Shown here: positions 36,856 to 50,254 of the stretch, piece by piece
How the letters are laid out: each line of letters opens with the position of its first letter
Position numbering within the stretch: the first letter of the stretch is position 1
Notes under the pieces: generated by a model
The model's database searches: none
Seen by the model: the letters and a program-made list of their open reading frames with translations, nothing else
What the model was told of the DNA's origin: nothing
Translations under genes and position numbers: made by a program
DNA from: Octopus vulgaris
Lineage: Eukaryota
Direction of reading: 5' to 3'
Length of the DNA: 64,000 bases
Assembly: GCA_951406725.2 (NCBI GenBank)
Contig: OX597827.1
Coordinates: 35,526,001-35,590,000, forward strand

Positions 36856-38612
36856 ACCTATACAGGGAGGAAGCGCTCAACCAGCTTCAAAATCCCCTCT
36901 TCTATCGCCTCCTCCCCTCCGATCCCACCTCCTCCTACCAACAGCGAGTGTCCTCCACCATCCACGACCTCATCTCCTCCTCCGCTCTCCCCCTCACCGC
37001 CACCAACCTCATCGTCCGCACACCCCGCACCTCCACCATCTACTTCCTTCCCAAGATCCATAAACCCTCTAACCCTGGCCGTCCCATAGTCTCTGCCTGT
37101 AATTGCCCCACTGAACTCATCTCCCTATACCTCGACCGCATCCTGTCCCCCCTAGTCGCAGCCCTCCCATCCCACATACACGACACCAACCACGCCCTCC
37201 GTCTCTTCAATTCCTTTTCCTTCCCTTCCAGCCCCTCACACCTCCTCTTCACCTTAGATGTAAAATCCCTGTACACAGTGATTCCCCACAATGACGGTCT
37301 CCTAGCCCTCCAACACTTCCTCGACCGTCGTCCCGACCCCACCCCCAGCACCCCCACCCTTCTCCGTTTGGCTGAGCTCGTCCTCACCCTCAATTGCTTC
37401 ACGTTCGCCGGGGAAACGTACCAACAGGTGTCCGGGGTCGCGATGGGAACTAGGATGGGCCCCAATTTCGCCAATCTCTTTCTTGGCTACATTGAGGCCC
37501 AAGTGTTCTCCCAGTTCTCTGGGCCGACCCCCGAACTATACGGTCGCTATATCGACGACTGTGTAGGTGCCACCTCCCTTTCCCGGGAACGTCTCGGCCA
37601 ATTCATCTCTTTCCTTTCCAACTTTCACCCCTCTCTTCAATTCACCTCCACCATCTCCAACACCTCTGTCAACTTCCTTGACATCTCTCTCCGCATCGAT
37701 CACCCCTCCAGCTCTCTCACCACCACCGCCTTCTTTAAACCTACGGATTCCCACCTCTATCTCAACTTCTCTTCCTCCCACCCCTTCCACACCAAACGAG
37801 CCATCCCCTACTCCCAGTTCCTCCGCCTCCGACGTTTGTGCAGCCGCGACCAGGATTTCGAGACCCAATCTCAATACCTGGCCCGCATGTTCAGACTCCG
37901 AGGTTACCCACCCACACTCCTCTCTGATGCCCTCACCCGCGCCCGTCGCATCGACCGCACTACCGCCTTGTCTCCTTCCCCCCGCCCACCCCCCAACCGC
38001 ACCCCCTTCCCCCTCCTTTTCCACCCCTCTACCCTACCCCTTCGTCGCAAGATACTACGTGCCTTCCGTCGCCTCCAGCTTGATCCCACCACCCGCCCCA
38101 TTTTCCCTAACCCACCCCTGTCCTCTTTCAAACGAGCCCGCAATCTGCGTGACCTCCTGGTCCACAGCACCCTCTCCCCTTCCCCCTCAGCCCCACACGG
38201 ATCATTCCCTTGCTCTAGATCCCGCTGCAACACTTGCCCCTTCATCACCAACACCACCGCTGTCACCGGCTCCAACCTGCTTACTGTACGCATTAGGCAC
38301 TCTTTTACGTGCACCTCGTCTGGCCTTATTTACTGCATTAAATGCAACCTATGCGGGATGCTGTATGTAGGTCAGACGGGACGCCGGTTGTCCGACCGTT
38401 TCACTGAACACTTGAGGGACGTTCGCCTACACTCTTTTTCTCCCGTCGCACGCCACTTCCGCTCGGCCGGCCATTCCCGAGATGACATCTCAGTGTTTGG
38501 TCTCGCCCCCCACAATGGTCGCCCACTTTCCAGGCTCCACTTGGAGCAACGCTACATCTTCACCCTACAAACTACCACCCCACACGGACTTAACACAGCC
38601 CCCTCCTCTTGA
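36852..38612 (+). CDS. Penelope-like retroelement ORF (RT, Cys linker and C-terminal GIY-YIG endonuclease), 5' truncated
   Basis: Motifs YFLPKIHK, GRPIVS, LDVKSLYT, GVAMGT and RYIDD; linker PCSRSRCNTC (Neptune-type); GIY-YIG region LIYCIKC..C..LYVGQT.R.L..RFTEH and GLN. There are 586 uninterrupted codons. The ATG is formed at the (TA)n junction. Confidence 0.95.
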
Positions 38613-40937
38613 GACCGTTTTTTTTTTTTTTTTTTTTTTTCCGGACACACCACCCACACACACCCACCCACCTACCTCCCACCCACCTACCTACCTCCCA
38701 CACGCCTGTTCACACACACACATACGTAGACCCATCTACGTACATACATTCACACATTTAATCACACACACTTACAGACACACATGCACATACACACACA
38801 CATACATACACACACGCATACATACTTACACACACACACACACAGACATACATACACACATACACACACACATACATACGCACATACATACACACACACT
38901 CACACACACACACCGCACGTACATACCTCACACACACACACATGCACACATACATGTAGGCACATACATACATACATACCCACACATGCACACCCGTACA
39001 CTGAATGCACACACACATACACCTTTTTGCATCCAGGCAGCCCCCCTCTTTTCTGCTTTCCGGTTTTGGCTGATGGATCCTCGGTTCCCGCGTAGCGGGG
39101 CGTTCGAGGGCCTTTGCGCTCGCGCGCCTTGGCGCGCGCTGGGGCTCGGTCGGCCCCTTTGGGCTTGCGTTGCACTGCTTGTGCGTTGTGTGCGTGAGCG
39201 CGCTTCGTGTGTGTGGGCTTGCTTCGGATGTGCGCTTGCGTATGTTTGCATACATACCCACACACTCGCATGCATCCCTACCCACATACATACACGCACA
39301 CCTACTCACACACACACATACACACACACACATACCCGCACACACACACACATACATACATACACACACATACCCACTTCAGACATACACACACACAGAC
39401 ATACACCCATACACCCACACTCACACGCATACACACACACACATACACACGCACACGTACACATACACACACACACACACCCACATACATACATTACACT
39501 TGTATACGCACACACTTACATTCATACACACACACACCTACACAGCCATACCCTCACTCAGACACACACATCTACCTACACACACACAAACACACACTGA
39601 CACACACCCATACATAGATACATCTACACACTCACGCCTACACACATACATACACACATACATAAACACACACACATACACATACACACACATACGCACA
39701 CACGCATATACTTATACACATGCACACACACACACATACATACACCCATATACATACACACACACATACCTACATACTCCTATACGCACATACATACACA
39801 CAGACATACACACATACACACTCACACAAACATACACACACACATACTTACACACACACTCACCTGCACGCGCACACACATGCATGACAAACACTCATAC
39901 ACTCACACTCACATACGCACACACCAACATAAACACGCACACGCACACACACACCTACACTCCCACACACATACACACGCACCTACATACACACACGCAC
40001 GCATACACACGCATACACACATACATTACACACGTACACACACACCTACATACACATGCACACACACACACACACAAACATGCACGGACACACCCAGACA
40101 TACATACATACACCTATATACACACGCCTACACACCTACATACACACACATATACACACGCCCACACAGCTACATACACACACATACATACACACATACA
40201 CGGACACACCCATACATACTTACATACATACACCTATACACACACGCCTACACACCTACACACACACATGCACACACACACACATGTACGCACATACACA
40301 CACATATACGCACACACATATATACCCACACACATGCACACACACACACATACGCACATACATGCACGCATGCACACGCGCACACCTACACGCATACACA
40401 CACACACACGCACGTACACATACATACATACACACACGCATACATACACCCATACACATACATGCATCCTACACACACATACATACACACTCACACATAC
40501 ATACACACACACGCACTCACTCACACACCTGTATGTTCGCGCACACACATGCACATACACACACTTCCCCACACCCACACGTACATACATACACACTCAT
40601 ACACACATACACACACACACACACACACGGACATACATCTATGCACACACATATATACACACATACTCACATACATTCATCGGACACACTGCCACCCAGA
40701 CATACACACAGACACACTCACACATCCACACGCACACATACGTACGCGCACACTCGCAGGCTCGCGCACACACGCGTTTGCGCCGGTTCGCGCACGCATG
40801 CGCCCGCATGCACCTCGCCCTTGGATCCGACGAGACCTCCCGCCCGTTCCTGGGATGTCGCTTGTCGTTGGGTTTTCCCACGCCCGTCTCCGCGGGACCA
40901 CTCCTCCATCTTCCCCTCCGCTGGAGTCCTTTTCCTA

Positions 40938-40971
<34 letters not shown>

Positions 40972-41511
40972 TCGTTACACACACGCGCACACATATACAC
41001 ACATTGCTTAAACATATACATCACTCTTACACACATTCAATCTACTCGCCACTAATACTACCACGACACTGGACACACACACACACTACTACTCAACACA
41101 CGCTGGCACGCTACATACGCCCCCACCCCTTCCCCTCCCTCCCTTCCTCCTTCCTCCCTTTTCTCACTACTGACCTTTGTCTGCTATGCTGCTGCTATGC
41201 TGACCACCGTCTCGCCCTACCTCACACGCCTACACACAGACGCACACACTAACACATACATATATTTTTTGTTTTTTTACCTCGCCTCACACACACACAT
41301 ACACACACGCACACGCACACACTCACACATACACACACATCTGTTGCGTTACCAACCTTGTCTCCACTCTTCTGCCTTTAAAAACCCACTTTGCTCTTGT
41401 TATCGTAAACATCCGCCTTTCACCATGTGCTTCTGCTAACACCAGCCGTTTTTTTTCTCTATCTCCGTTGCCCGCTCCGGGATCTTTCTTTCCTCTCTCT
41501 TCTTTCTTTAT

Positions 41512-41546
41512 GTTTCCGACGAAGAGCTCCGCTCGAAACGTCATAC
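41512..41546 (+). ncRNA. Minimal type I hammerhead motif of the PLE terminus (U4C variant)
   Basis: gttt-CCGACGA-a-gagc-tcc-gctc-GAA-ACGT-C-atac. Confidence 0.65.
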
Positions 41547-42064
41547 CTCCCTGCTTCCATTTCCTGAGCGCCTATTAATAATAATACTGTAATTGTTCCC
41601 TTGTTGTTGTTTTTTTGTTTCCCGTTTGGATTAAAATTATATATATATATATATACAGATACACAAACACACACACACACACACAGAGTAATGAACCAGA
41701 AGAATGAGTACTCAATGCTAGAAAGATTGACAGTTCTTTTAGATCTTTTAAAGCTTTCATGTCAAAATGTCATTTGTATTTTTGAATTGTGATTGTAGAA
41801 AATATTGATCTCTGTCAATAGTTAACCTTAGGTAGCAAAGAAGTAATAAAAATTCTGTTAATAAGTGTACATGCATGCACAGACACACATATTTGTAATC
41901 CATGCAGTATTGATATTCCAGTTTTTTATTGATAGTGAAAATTCAGCTAAACTGTATGAATGCTCTTGTTCTCTGATATTCCTTCACAATCCTAGAATCT
42001 ATCTTGTATCCTTGCAATGCTAACAAACTCTCTCTCTCTCTCTCTTTCTCTCTTTCACACACAG

Positions 42065-42235
42065 TATTAGTAGACTGTATCACCTTGAAAGGGGTGTGGT
42101 TAATGAAATCTATTATTGTCTTCACATTCCTGGCTATTGCATGGAGTTTGTGTTCATTCTTCCTGGACCTTCTTGGGCCAACACAAAGGGGTCTAAAGCT
42201 TATCCACAGAAATGCTATATCCAGCATCACAACAG
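42065..42235 (+). CDS. TMEM127: TMEM127 coding exon 2
   Basis: Acceptor cacag| after a pyrimidine tract; 171 nt, phase 1-1. DCIT...IIVFTFLAIAWSLCSFFLDLLGP..RGLKLIHRNAISSITT corresponds to [31 protein letters not shown]. Donor ag|gtatg. Confidence 0.93.
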
Positions 42236-43061
42236 GTATGTGTTTTTACTCCACTCTTTTACTGATTCTTTTTGTGTGTGTGGCTTTGATTTTACTTACA
42301 TTGTTGTTGCTTTTGGAATATGCATAAACCTCACAGCTCACAGATTGCTTCTATAACAGTGACACTTGTTTACCACTGTCACCCATTACATAATGTCGAA
42401 GCAAAGAAACAGTAGCAAACACACAAATGACTAACATACATATATCCATGTATATACACTCATTTTTGCCAGCTGAGTGGACTGGAGCAACATGAAATGA
42501 AGTGTATTGATTAAGAACACTGCGCATTGCCCAGTTCAGGAATCGAAACCACAAGCTTACAATCACGAGTCCAACACCCTAACCACTAAGTCATTTGCCT
42601 CCTCACATACATACATACATTCATTCATATACATAGTAACTTAAGTTTCCTCTAAAGATTATTCCAGTTATCTTCTATTGTGGCCCCAAATTGATAAAAG
42701 CCTTGACAGTGGGTTTGCTATACAAAATGTGCAGGCACCAATTATGTGTATGTTAATGTGTAAGTGGCTGAATATCCCTCAGTCACATGTATATTTGGCC
42801 TAATTTTCATTATTGTGACTAGTGTGTGATGTTTAAATTACAGGCAACAATCCAATATATTACAGTCTTATAAACTGAGTATTCCACAAATTCATATAGC
42901 CTTTATATGATCTTCAGACAGAATCAATGTAACTCTGTATGTGACAAGGTTGGAATCTTTATTGCCAGACACAGTTCGCTTCCACACAGTTTCCATCTAC
43001 TCAATATCACTCACAATGATTTAGTCTCCTTACACATACAGATATGCTTACAAATTCACAT

Positions 43062-43440
43062 ATCTATTATATAAAATCCGTTCTGTCTGTGTGTGTCTTC
43101 TAGGATCTCGGGTATCCTCCATCCGATTGCGCTCAAATTTGATATGTAGATACCGACGGTATCAGGGCGTGTATAAGTCTTGAAAAAATTACAAAAATCA
43201 ATTCCAGGTGAGAATGTGATCAATAAAGCCATGGGAATGTGCATTTGTATGCGCAAGTACATCCGCTGTTGTGATCAATACTACGCATACGCGAGAAAAA
43301 TGCACGGTGTCTCAAATTTAGGTTAAATCAGTGTTTCTTAAAGGGGAGGCCTATTGGATGGTCGGACAAGTTGTTTTGAGAAAATTTGGTTTAAATGTTT
43401 GACAACTCAGCACTGTCCATTGGACAGGGGGCGTTTTGCT
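43062..43440 (+). mobile_element. Helitron-like non-autonomous fragment (5' end)
   Basis: Starts TCTATTATATAAA followed by tctgtctgtgtgtgtc and ccgattgcgctcaaattt, like the element at 50812-51197. Confidence 0.45.
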
Positions 43441-43477
43441 CATACCTACATAAATATATATGAGGATACACAGATGC

Positions 43478-43835
43478 AAGCATGGCCGTGTGGTTAAGAG
43501 GCTCGCTTTGCAGCTAGAAATTCAGTTCCACTGCATGGCACTTTGGGCAAGTGCCTTCTACTATAGCCCCAAGTCAACCAATGCCTCGTGGGTGAATATG
43601 GTAGATATAAATGTATATATATGTCTTTGTGTATATGTTTGTCACTTCTTCTCTCCACTGCTTGATAACCAGTTTGGTTTGTTAATGTCCCCTTGACTTG
43701 GTTTGGCAAAGACAATGATAGAATAAGTCACAGACTTTAAAAAAACATACTAGAGGACAATTTATTTGACTAAACCCCTCAAGGCAGTACTCCTGCATAG
43801 CTGTAGTCCAATGACTGAAACAAGTAAAAGATAGA
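43478..43835 (+). mobile_element. Family 2 SINE
   Basis: Head gcatggccgtgtggttaagag, plus the shared core and tail. Confidence 0.7.
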
Positions 43836-45115
43836 AATACATCATCATCATTTAACGTCCGCCTTCCATGCTGGCATGCACACATATTTACAGGTATGCA
43901 AATATACAGTCATACATACATGTGCATGTAAATATACATACATGCAAACATACACACACATGTATGCATACTTTATAGCTCACATTGTCGTTTCAGTCAA
44001 TTGTACATTATTCTATACAAATATCTTAGCCTTTACCAAGTCAAAGTAGGCTGCTTGCTAAAATGAATCCATTAGTTTGTGTGTCAGGTTTCATAGGTTG
44101 GAGGTCAGGGTGGAAAGGTCATCTGCACTCTCCACAGAAACCAACGAGAATGAAGACATTAGTCACCATTATTTAAAGGACGTATGTCCTATGAACCCTA
44201 ACCTGCTTCCTTCAAGTATCTTTTTGAAGAGACAAATTATGATTGAACTCATTTACCTATAATTATTTATTGCAAGGTATGTGCGAGGTTCTGTTTCAGT
44301 GATTTTAATTGTGACTGTTGGTTCATTTCAGGTTAGTTGAACTTTTCCAAATTGTTTCCATTTATGTGTTCTGTCTAAAGTATTGCCACATGCTTGAAAT
44401 TAAAAGCCCTCTTTGGGTTTTCACTTCGCAGCAAAACTAATATATAAAGCAAATCAAAAATAAAAGCAACAAAAAAATAAAAGGACATACACAGTGAATA
44501 TATTAGGTTGACACTCAGTTTAAGATGGAAAAAAGAGGTGGGGTGTGATATTTTGAGCATGGCTGGTCATTGAAAAGAGAAAAGGTGTAGAGAGAAGGAA
44601 ATGAATAATCCAAGAAAAGCATGTGTGTGGTTATATGGCTGAAGTGACTGTGCTTATACTTCTTATTAACAATCAGTATATTGGTACTTCTGTAATTTAA
44701 ACTTTTTAATACCAACCCATTGAAGACCACCACTGAGTCTATGATACAGATTTTTTTTGGTTTTAAAGTGATCGAAATTAAATCTTTCCATTAAAGTGCC
44801 ATGATGATTTATGTTCCAAACACCAACTTTAATAGTGATAAAGTTCTTTAACAAACTTCATTATTTTCAAAATTAATTGAAACAAAGATATTGTATTTAA
44901 CAAAAATATATTAACAAAAGGGTTAATAACAGCCCATTTCAATGCTATTTCAGTGTTTAGTTAAGCAAATATTAAAGTACTCATCTCAAATATATATACA
45001 TTGATGGTACTTTAATTATTAACTCATCTCAAATATATTAACCAATTATTTTGTTGATGTCTTTGTCTTATTTCTCTCTTTAATTATTTCTTTTGTTTTT
45101 CCTGTTTCATTTCAG

Positions 45116-45441
45116 TAATTATCTGTGTCCTAATTAATGGACTTTGCTATCTGTTGACGATTGAAGTAAAAGATTTACAGTTGAACACCAAGCCATATCC
45201 AGGCAACCGTGTCTCTGTGACTTTCTCCGTTTCCTTCTACCTGATTGCGACAGCCGGTGGCCTGGCCGTACTTGGCACAGCTTGTAACTGTCTCCGTCAT
45301 TATCCAGTACGTGTCACGTCTGACCCAGAACCATTACTTGATGACTATGACCGATTGGAGCAGGTGTTTTACCCACCTGGGCCACTACCAGAGATTGCCT
45401 CTATGACCCCTATGGTCCCACCACCTGCCTATAGTCCCTAA
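45116..45441 (+). CDS. TMEM127: TMEM127 coding exon 3 (last)
   Basis: Acceptor tttcag|. VSVTFSVSFYLIATAGGLAVLGTACNCLRHYP...PPPAYSP* corresponds to vertebrate [32 protein letters not shown]...PPPAYTP*. Spliced CDS is 1336+171+326=1833 nt, in frame. Confidence 0.96.
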
Positions 45442-46884
45442 CTTATTTTTTATGTAACACAATTGTTTTTCCCTTCCCCAATTTTATTTTTTAGACATTT
45501 CTTTTTGTTTTTGTTTCTATGCCCCCTTGCCCCATTTCCCCATTCTCAAATCCTTATGCAGAAATGAAGCTTGTCTGATGTGCTGCCTACCTGTGAAGTT
45601 TGCATGTATTGAACATCTGGAGGACATTCAAACAGATGTGCAAACATCTGTTGTTGAAGTGTCTGGAGAACCCCAAAGGAGCCGAAAATCTTTTTATCTC
45701 ATTCTTCTACTAATTATTTTGTAAAAAAAAATTTCATGATTTTTTCTTTTTCATTTTTTTTTTTTTTGTTGAGTTGTTCAATTCTCCCCTTCTGGATATT
45801 TAAAAACATTTTATAAGTGTTTGTTGACTACAAACAGATGGCATTATAATTAGTGTTGTTGTTTGACACCTGATCAGCACTGACAGGAAGGTCTTACGAT
45901 CAGAGACGTTCCAACCAGGACCATCCCAACTTTTTAGAGCTATTCTTGCAGGACTACAATATCCAAAATGTCTGTCCTTCTTTTTTCAGATGGTAGTATG
46001 TGATTTGAAGAAAATTTGGCTTCTATATCTAGCAGGTCAAAAGACAATTACAGGCACATATTTTTATTGGCTCATTTAATATCAGTGTTAGTCAAACTTC
46101 AAGAGCTTTGGCACTGCATACTTGGACAAGATACACCACTCCACCTCAGTTGCAGTATATAAAAAAAATTAACTGAGAAAAAATTTGATCATGCTGTCTT
46201 GATAATTCTGCCGTCAATGTCTTTACTATATGAATATGTGTATATCTGCATTTGATGTGTGTGTGTGTGAATGTATATGAATATATAATATACACAGATA
46301 TGTGTGTGTGTATATGTATAATGCATGTATAAGATGAATATATGTGTGATGCATGTATATGTATCTCTGTCTTTATATACACGTGTGTGTTTGTAAATGT
46401 GTATATATGTATGTGTAACATATGTGTGTGTTCATATATATTATATATATATATATATAAAATGACTGTACCTATATTATTTAAGAAGCAACACTTGTTA
46501 AATGTATGAAATTTCCTTGAAAAGTTAATCTGTACAGCCATTGTTGGGAGAAATGCCTCACTTGTCCAAAAGTTGATACCACTGACATATGTGTGTGTGT
46601 GTATATATAAATGTTAATTTCTACAAGAAAAGCTTGACATTGACTTCAAAGTTTTGGTTTACTAGCCATCATAAGACTATTACAATCTGATGAAAAATAG
46701 TAACATGAGACTTCAGTTACTAATCAACCTTTCTTTTGTAAAAAGTAAATTTGTTCTACAATTTTGTTTTATATAACTTTTCATAAAAACAAACATTAAT
46801 ATATGTATAAAGATATATGCACACACACACATATGTCTATGTGTATGTGTGTGTGTATATATATATATAAATCTTTAAAAATGT

Positions 46885-47182
46885 ATCAGCCCAAAAGCTG
46901 CGGCCATGCTGGGGCACCACCATTGAATGAGCTACACTAGTATGTGAAACCACCTCTAATATGTGGCACTTGGTCAACAAGGGAGTTCGACACCACTGCC
47001 CACATCTGTGTTTCCTGCCAAGTGGTAGGTTCATCTGGAACCCCTGACAAGAAGAGATCCAGTTTAGTTTTGAAGAAACCCACATCCACAGGAAGGATAT
47101 TGAAGAGCTGTGGTACCCTGAAACCCAAGCTGTTGCAGTATCTGGCCCTGTATTTTGATGGTGATGTTGGGATCTTTGGCAC
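46885..47182 (-). mobile_element. CR1-type LINE 3' end fragment
   Basis: MVPKIP...YCNSLGFRVPQLFNILP...FKTKLDLFLSGVPDEP is homologous to the 3' end of the element at 52265-53535. Confidence 0.85.
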
Positions 47183-47839
47183 CATATATATATATATAAT
47201 TCTTTTTTGGTGGATCTTGAAGCACATAAGGCTATAAATAATAGCTTAAAGATGTTGGGTTGAAAACCTTTTTACATAGAAAATGTTGAAAGCTTCCCAT
47301 GAGTATCTTCAACTCTTGTCTTAAGCTAACCAATGCCTTGTAAATGAAATTACCAGTTGGAAAATGTATTGTGTGTATCTAGGTATTGTCTTCATGTTTT
47401 GTTTTCTGCATAAAAAAGATACCATTGTCTATGTGTTGGTTTCTTTGTTTATAGTCTTCTTTAAAAAAATATATCTGGCCATTGAGCTGTTCATTATTTG
47501 AGAATCAGGGATAGATAGTACCCTGAAAGTGGAGGTTGGCAACAGGAAGAGCATCTAGCTATTCAAAAACCACCTGAATAAGTTTTGTTTAATACATGGC
47601 AGCATGGAAAAGTGAACATTAAAATGACCATACACATGTATGTAACTGTTTCTTTGTGTGTATATATGTGTGTAGCCATATTAGAATGAAGATGCAAGTC
47701 ATCAGTTTGGATCTTGCTGTTCATTTGACAATTTTTTAAATCAGTTGACAGGTATGTGTATTGGATCAGAGAACAATTTGTTCGCTAATATTTCAAACAA
47801 GACCACTGACAATTGTTAGATTCATTGGTTCAGAGAAAC

Positions 47840-47884
47840 TTCTGGATGATGAGATAGCTACATTGAAACGCTGGTGTCCCAGAA
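47840..47884 (+). ncRNA. Degenerate type I hammerhead-like motif (C3A) in the putative TMEM127 3' UTR
   Basis: ttctgg-ATGATGA-gatagctacatt-GAA-ACGCTGGTGT-C-ccagaa, with a perfect 6-bp stem I. Confidence 0.55.
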
Positions 47885-48085
47885 TTCCTTGTACTAATGA
47901 ATTGTAAAGCAGAAGCTGTTCATATGTGACAAACAGTGACTAGCGTATTTATGTTAAGCTCTGCCAGAATGTATTAATAAATATGCAAGTCATCATATAT
48001 TTATGTATGTATAACATATATATATGCATGTGGCTATGACTATGATGGTGAAAACAAATAAGAAACTAAAAACTATATATATGTG

Positions 48086-48375
48086 AAAGCGCATGGCCCA
48101 GTGGTTAGTGCGTTGAACTTACAATCATGAGGTTGTGAGTTCGATTCCTGGACTGGGCTGCGTGTTGTGTTCTTGAGCTGGACAATTTATTTCATGTTGC
48201 TCCAGTAAACTCAGCTGTAGAAACAAGTTGCAACATCACTGGTGCCAAGCTGTATCGGTCTTTGCCTTTCCCTTGAATAACATCAGTGGTGTGGAGAGGG
48301 GAGGCAGGTATGCATGGGCCTTCCACAAACCACCTTGCCTGGGAGGGTAACTTTCTAGGTGCAATCCTATGGTCA
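48086..48375 (+). mobile_element. Family 3 tRNA-derived SINE
   Basis: A-box tggcccagtgg, B-box gagttcgattcc and core tgtgttcttgagc. Related copies lie at about 17870-18110 (+) and 42455-42600 (-). Confidence 0.75.
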
Positions 48376-48433
48376 TTTATATATATATATATATGTATGG
48401 CTAAGATGAAGGTCTAATATCTACTCTTATCAG

Positions 48434-48470
<37 letters not shown>

Positions 48471-48879
48471 CTGCCTGCACAAGCATATGAATTTTATATA
48501 TACATGTATGAGTATACATACATAATGTAGTTGTGTATATATGTGTGTGTGTGTTTGTACATAATGTAATTAGGTAGATATATGTCTAATGCAATTGTGT
48601 ACATAGAATGTTATGTAATTCTGTGTATGTGTGGATCATGAGATTGCGGAAATAGTGTGCGCAATTGGTGGAATGGTATATTTTTTCATGTACTTATATC
48701 TACAGGTGAGAGTATTTTGTAATTATATATGTATATATGTATGTACACATACACACTTGTGTTTATGCAATTATTCATGATTACTGTATGTATATCAGAA
48801 GAAAAAATCTGATGCAGGAGCAAACCAAAGACTGAAAACAAGTGACTTATATAAAATATGTATGTACAACAATTCAGTA

Positions 48880-48885
48880 AATAAA
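48880..48885 (+). terminator. Candidate polyadenylation signal for TMEM127
   Basis: AATAAA preceded by TGTA and followed by U-rich sequence. Assignment is inference. Confidence 0.25.
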
Positions 48886-49031
48886 ATTCAAACAATTGTA
48901 GATATTTTTCTCACTTCTCAATGATGGATGTTAATTTTACTTTTTCATTGTATTTAGATATATATATATATATGTGTGCGTGTATACGCATTTATATGTG
49001 TCATCTAATATATCTATCTATATATATATAT

Positions 49032-49330
49032 CATCATCATCATCATCATCATTTAGCGTCCGCTTTCCATGCTAGCATGGGTTGGACGGTTCAACTGGGG
49101 TCTATGAAGCCAGAAGGCTGCATCAGGCCCAGTCTGATCTGGCAGTGTTTCTACAGCTGGATGCCCTTCCTAACGCCAACCACTCCGTGAGTGTAGTGGG
49201 TGCTTTTTACGTGCCACCCGCACAGGTGCCAGACGGAGCTGGCAAACGGCCACAGACGGATGGTGCTTTTTACGTGCCACCGGCACGGGGGCCAGGCGAG
49301 GCTGGCAACGACCATGATTGGATGGTGCTG
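49032..49330 (-). mobile_element. 3' end of the RTE family seen at 24340-25780
   Basis: Same ggttggcgttaggaagggcatccagctgtagaaac motif, tandem units and (GAT)n tail. Another copy lies at 55050-55355. Confidence 0.85.
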
Positions 49331-49339
49331 AGAATGTCT

Positions 49340-50161
49340 GACTGTATGTGTGCATCACTAAAACTCGAGAACTACCTGTCCAATTTCATTCAAATTTTAC
49401 ACATGCCTTACTTAGGGACCATGCAGTGTCATGGCCACAAAAATTTTCAACTTCTTGCTTAATGTGAGCCCGGAACAATCTCTTATCTCTTACACTGTTT
49501 CTGTATTACATGTCAAAAGTGAAACAATAACATCTCTGTTAATACTTTCACTATTTTATGGTTTCTATTTCAGTTACTTTCATATGCATATAAATTTGAC
49601 ATGGGCGATTCTTTCTTGTTTTGGGATTTACGGGCAAACGGCTGGGTAGAATTACGCGAAAAATTACACACGTATAGAATGATCCAGGGGTGTTGCTGGT
49701 CTTTGTATTTTTTCATAGCTCCTATGATTACCCTGATAATCTACTATAATAATACCCTTGTGTTTGTGAATGAGAAAGAGTTAGGGTTAGGTGATGTCAT
49801 ACTCGGTAGTGGGATGATGGAAATTGTACGCTGAAAATATAAATCAAACAGCATTTCAACTCTATGAATATATGTATGTGTTTATGTAAAAGGTGGGTAT
49901 GTGTGCATGTGCAATGGAAGTGGGATGCTTCATCTTTGTTCGCTTTGTATTTGTGTTTATTTAATTTTTGATTTTGTTGAATCTTGGGCTTTTTTTTTTT
50001 TTTTGGAGGGTTCAGTTATTTTTTGCGTTTTGACAGAAAAATGTCACCCTAAAATTGTTTTTTAACATAAGAGTGCCCAGGCGAGTTGAATGCTTACACA
50101 AAGCAGGTTTTACAGCCACATCATCCAAACCAACCAAGTGAAATTGGGCATAGCTGCTAGT
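49340..50161 (+). mobile_element. Helitron-like non-autonomous element (degenerate)
   Basis: Ends in gggcatagctgCTAGt, and its 5' part resembles the other Helitron-like copies. Confidence 0.4.
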
Positions 50162-50254
50162 GTATCTATATATATTAGTTTCATTTCTATTACTTTCAAT
50201 ATGTATTTATGTACATATTTGTATAAGTATGTATGTATGTATGTATATATATTT

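Larger units (their letters stand above)
36852..41640 (+). mobile_element. Neptune-type Penelope-like element including a 3' UTR of about 3 kb, inserted in (TA)n in TMEM127 intron 1
   Basis: The ORF is followed by a T-tract, a CA-rich region, GC islands and a hammerhead motif. The terminus gtttggattaa matches an independent short copy at 53718-53806. (TA)n lies on both flanks. Confidence 0.85.

Noticed and set aside
38482-41252. Long His/Thr-rich ORFs of 350-613 aa
   Set aside because: Translations of CA-rich low-complexity sequence, which rarely contains stop codons. It is part of the PLE UTR.
48086-48160. tRNA gene candidates here and at 50440-50509
   Set aside because: A and B boxes are present, but the cloverleafs are imperfect and continue into repeated SINE bodies.
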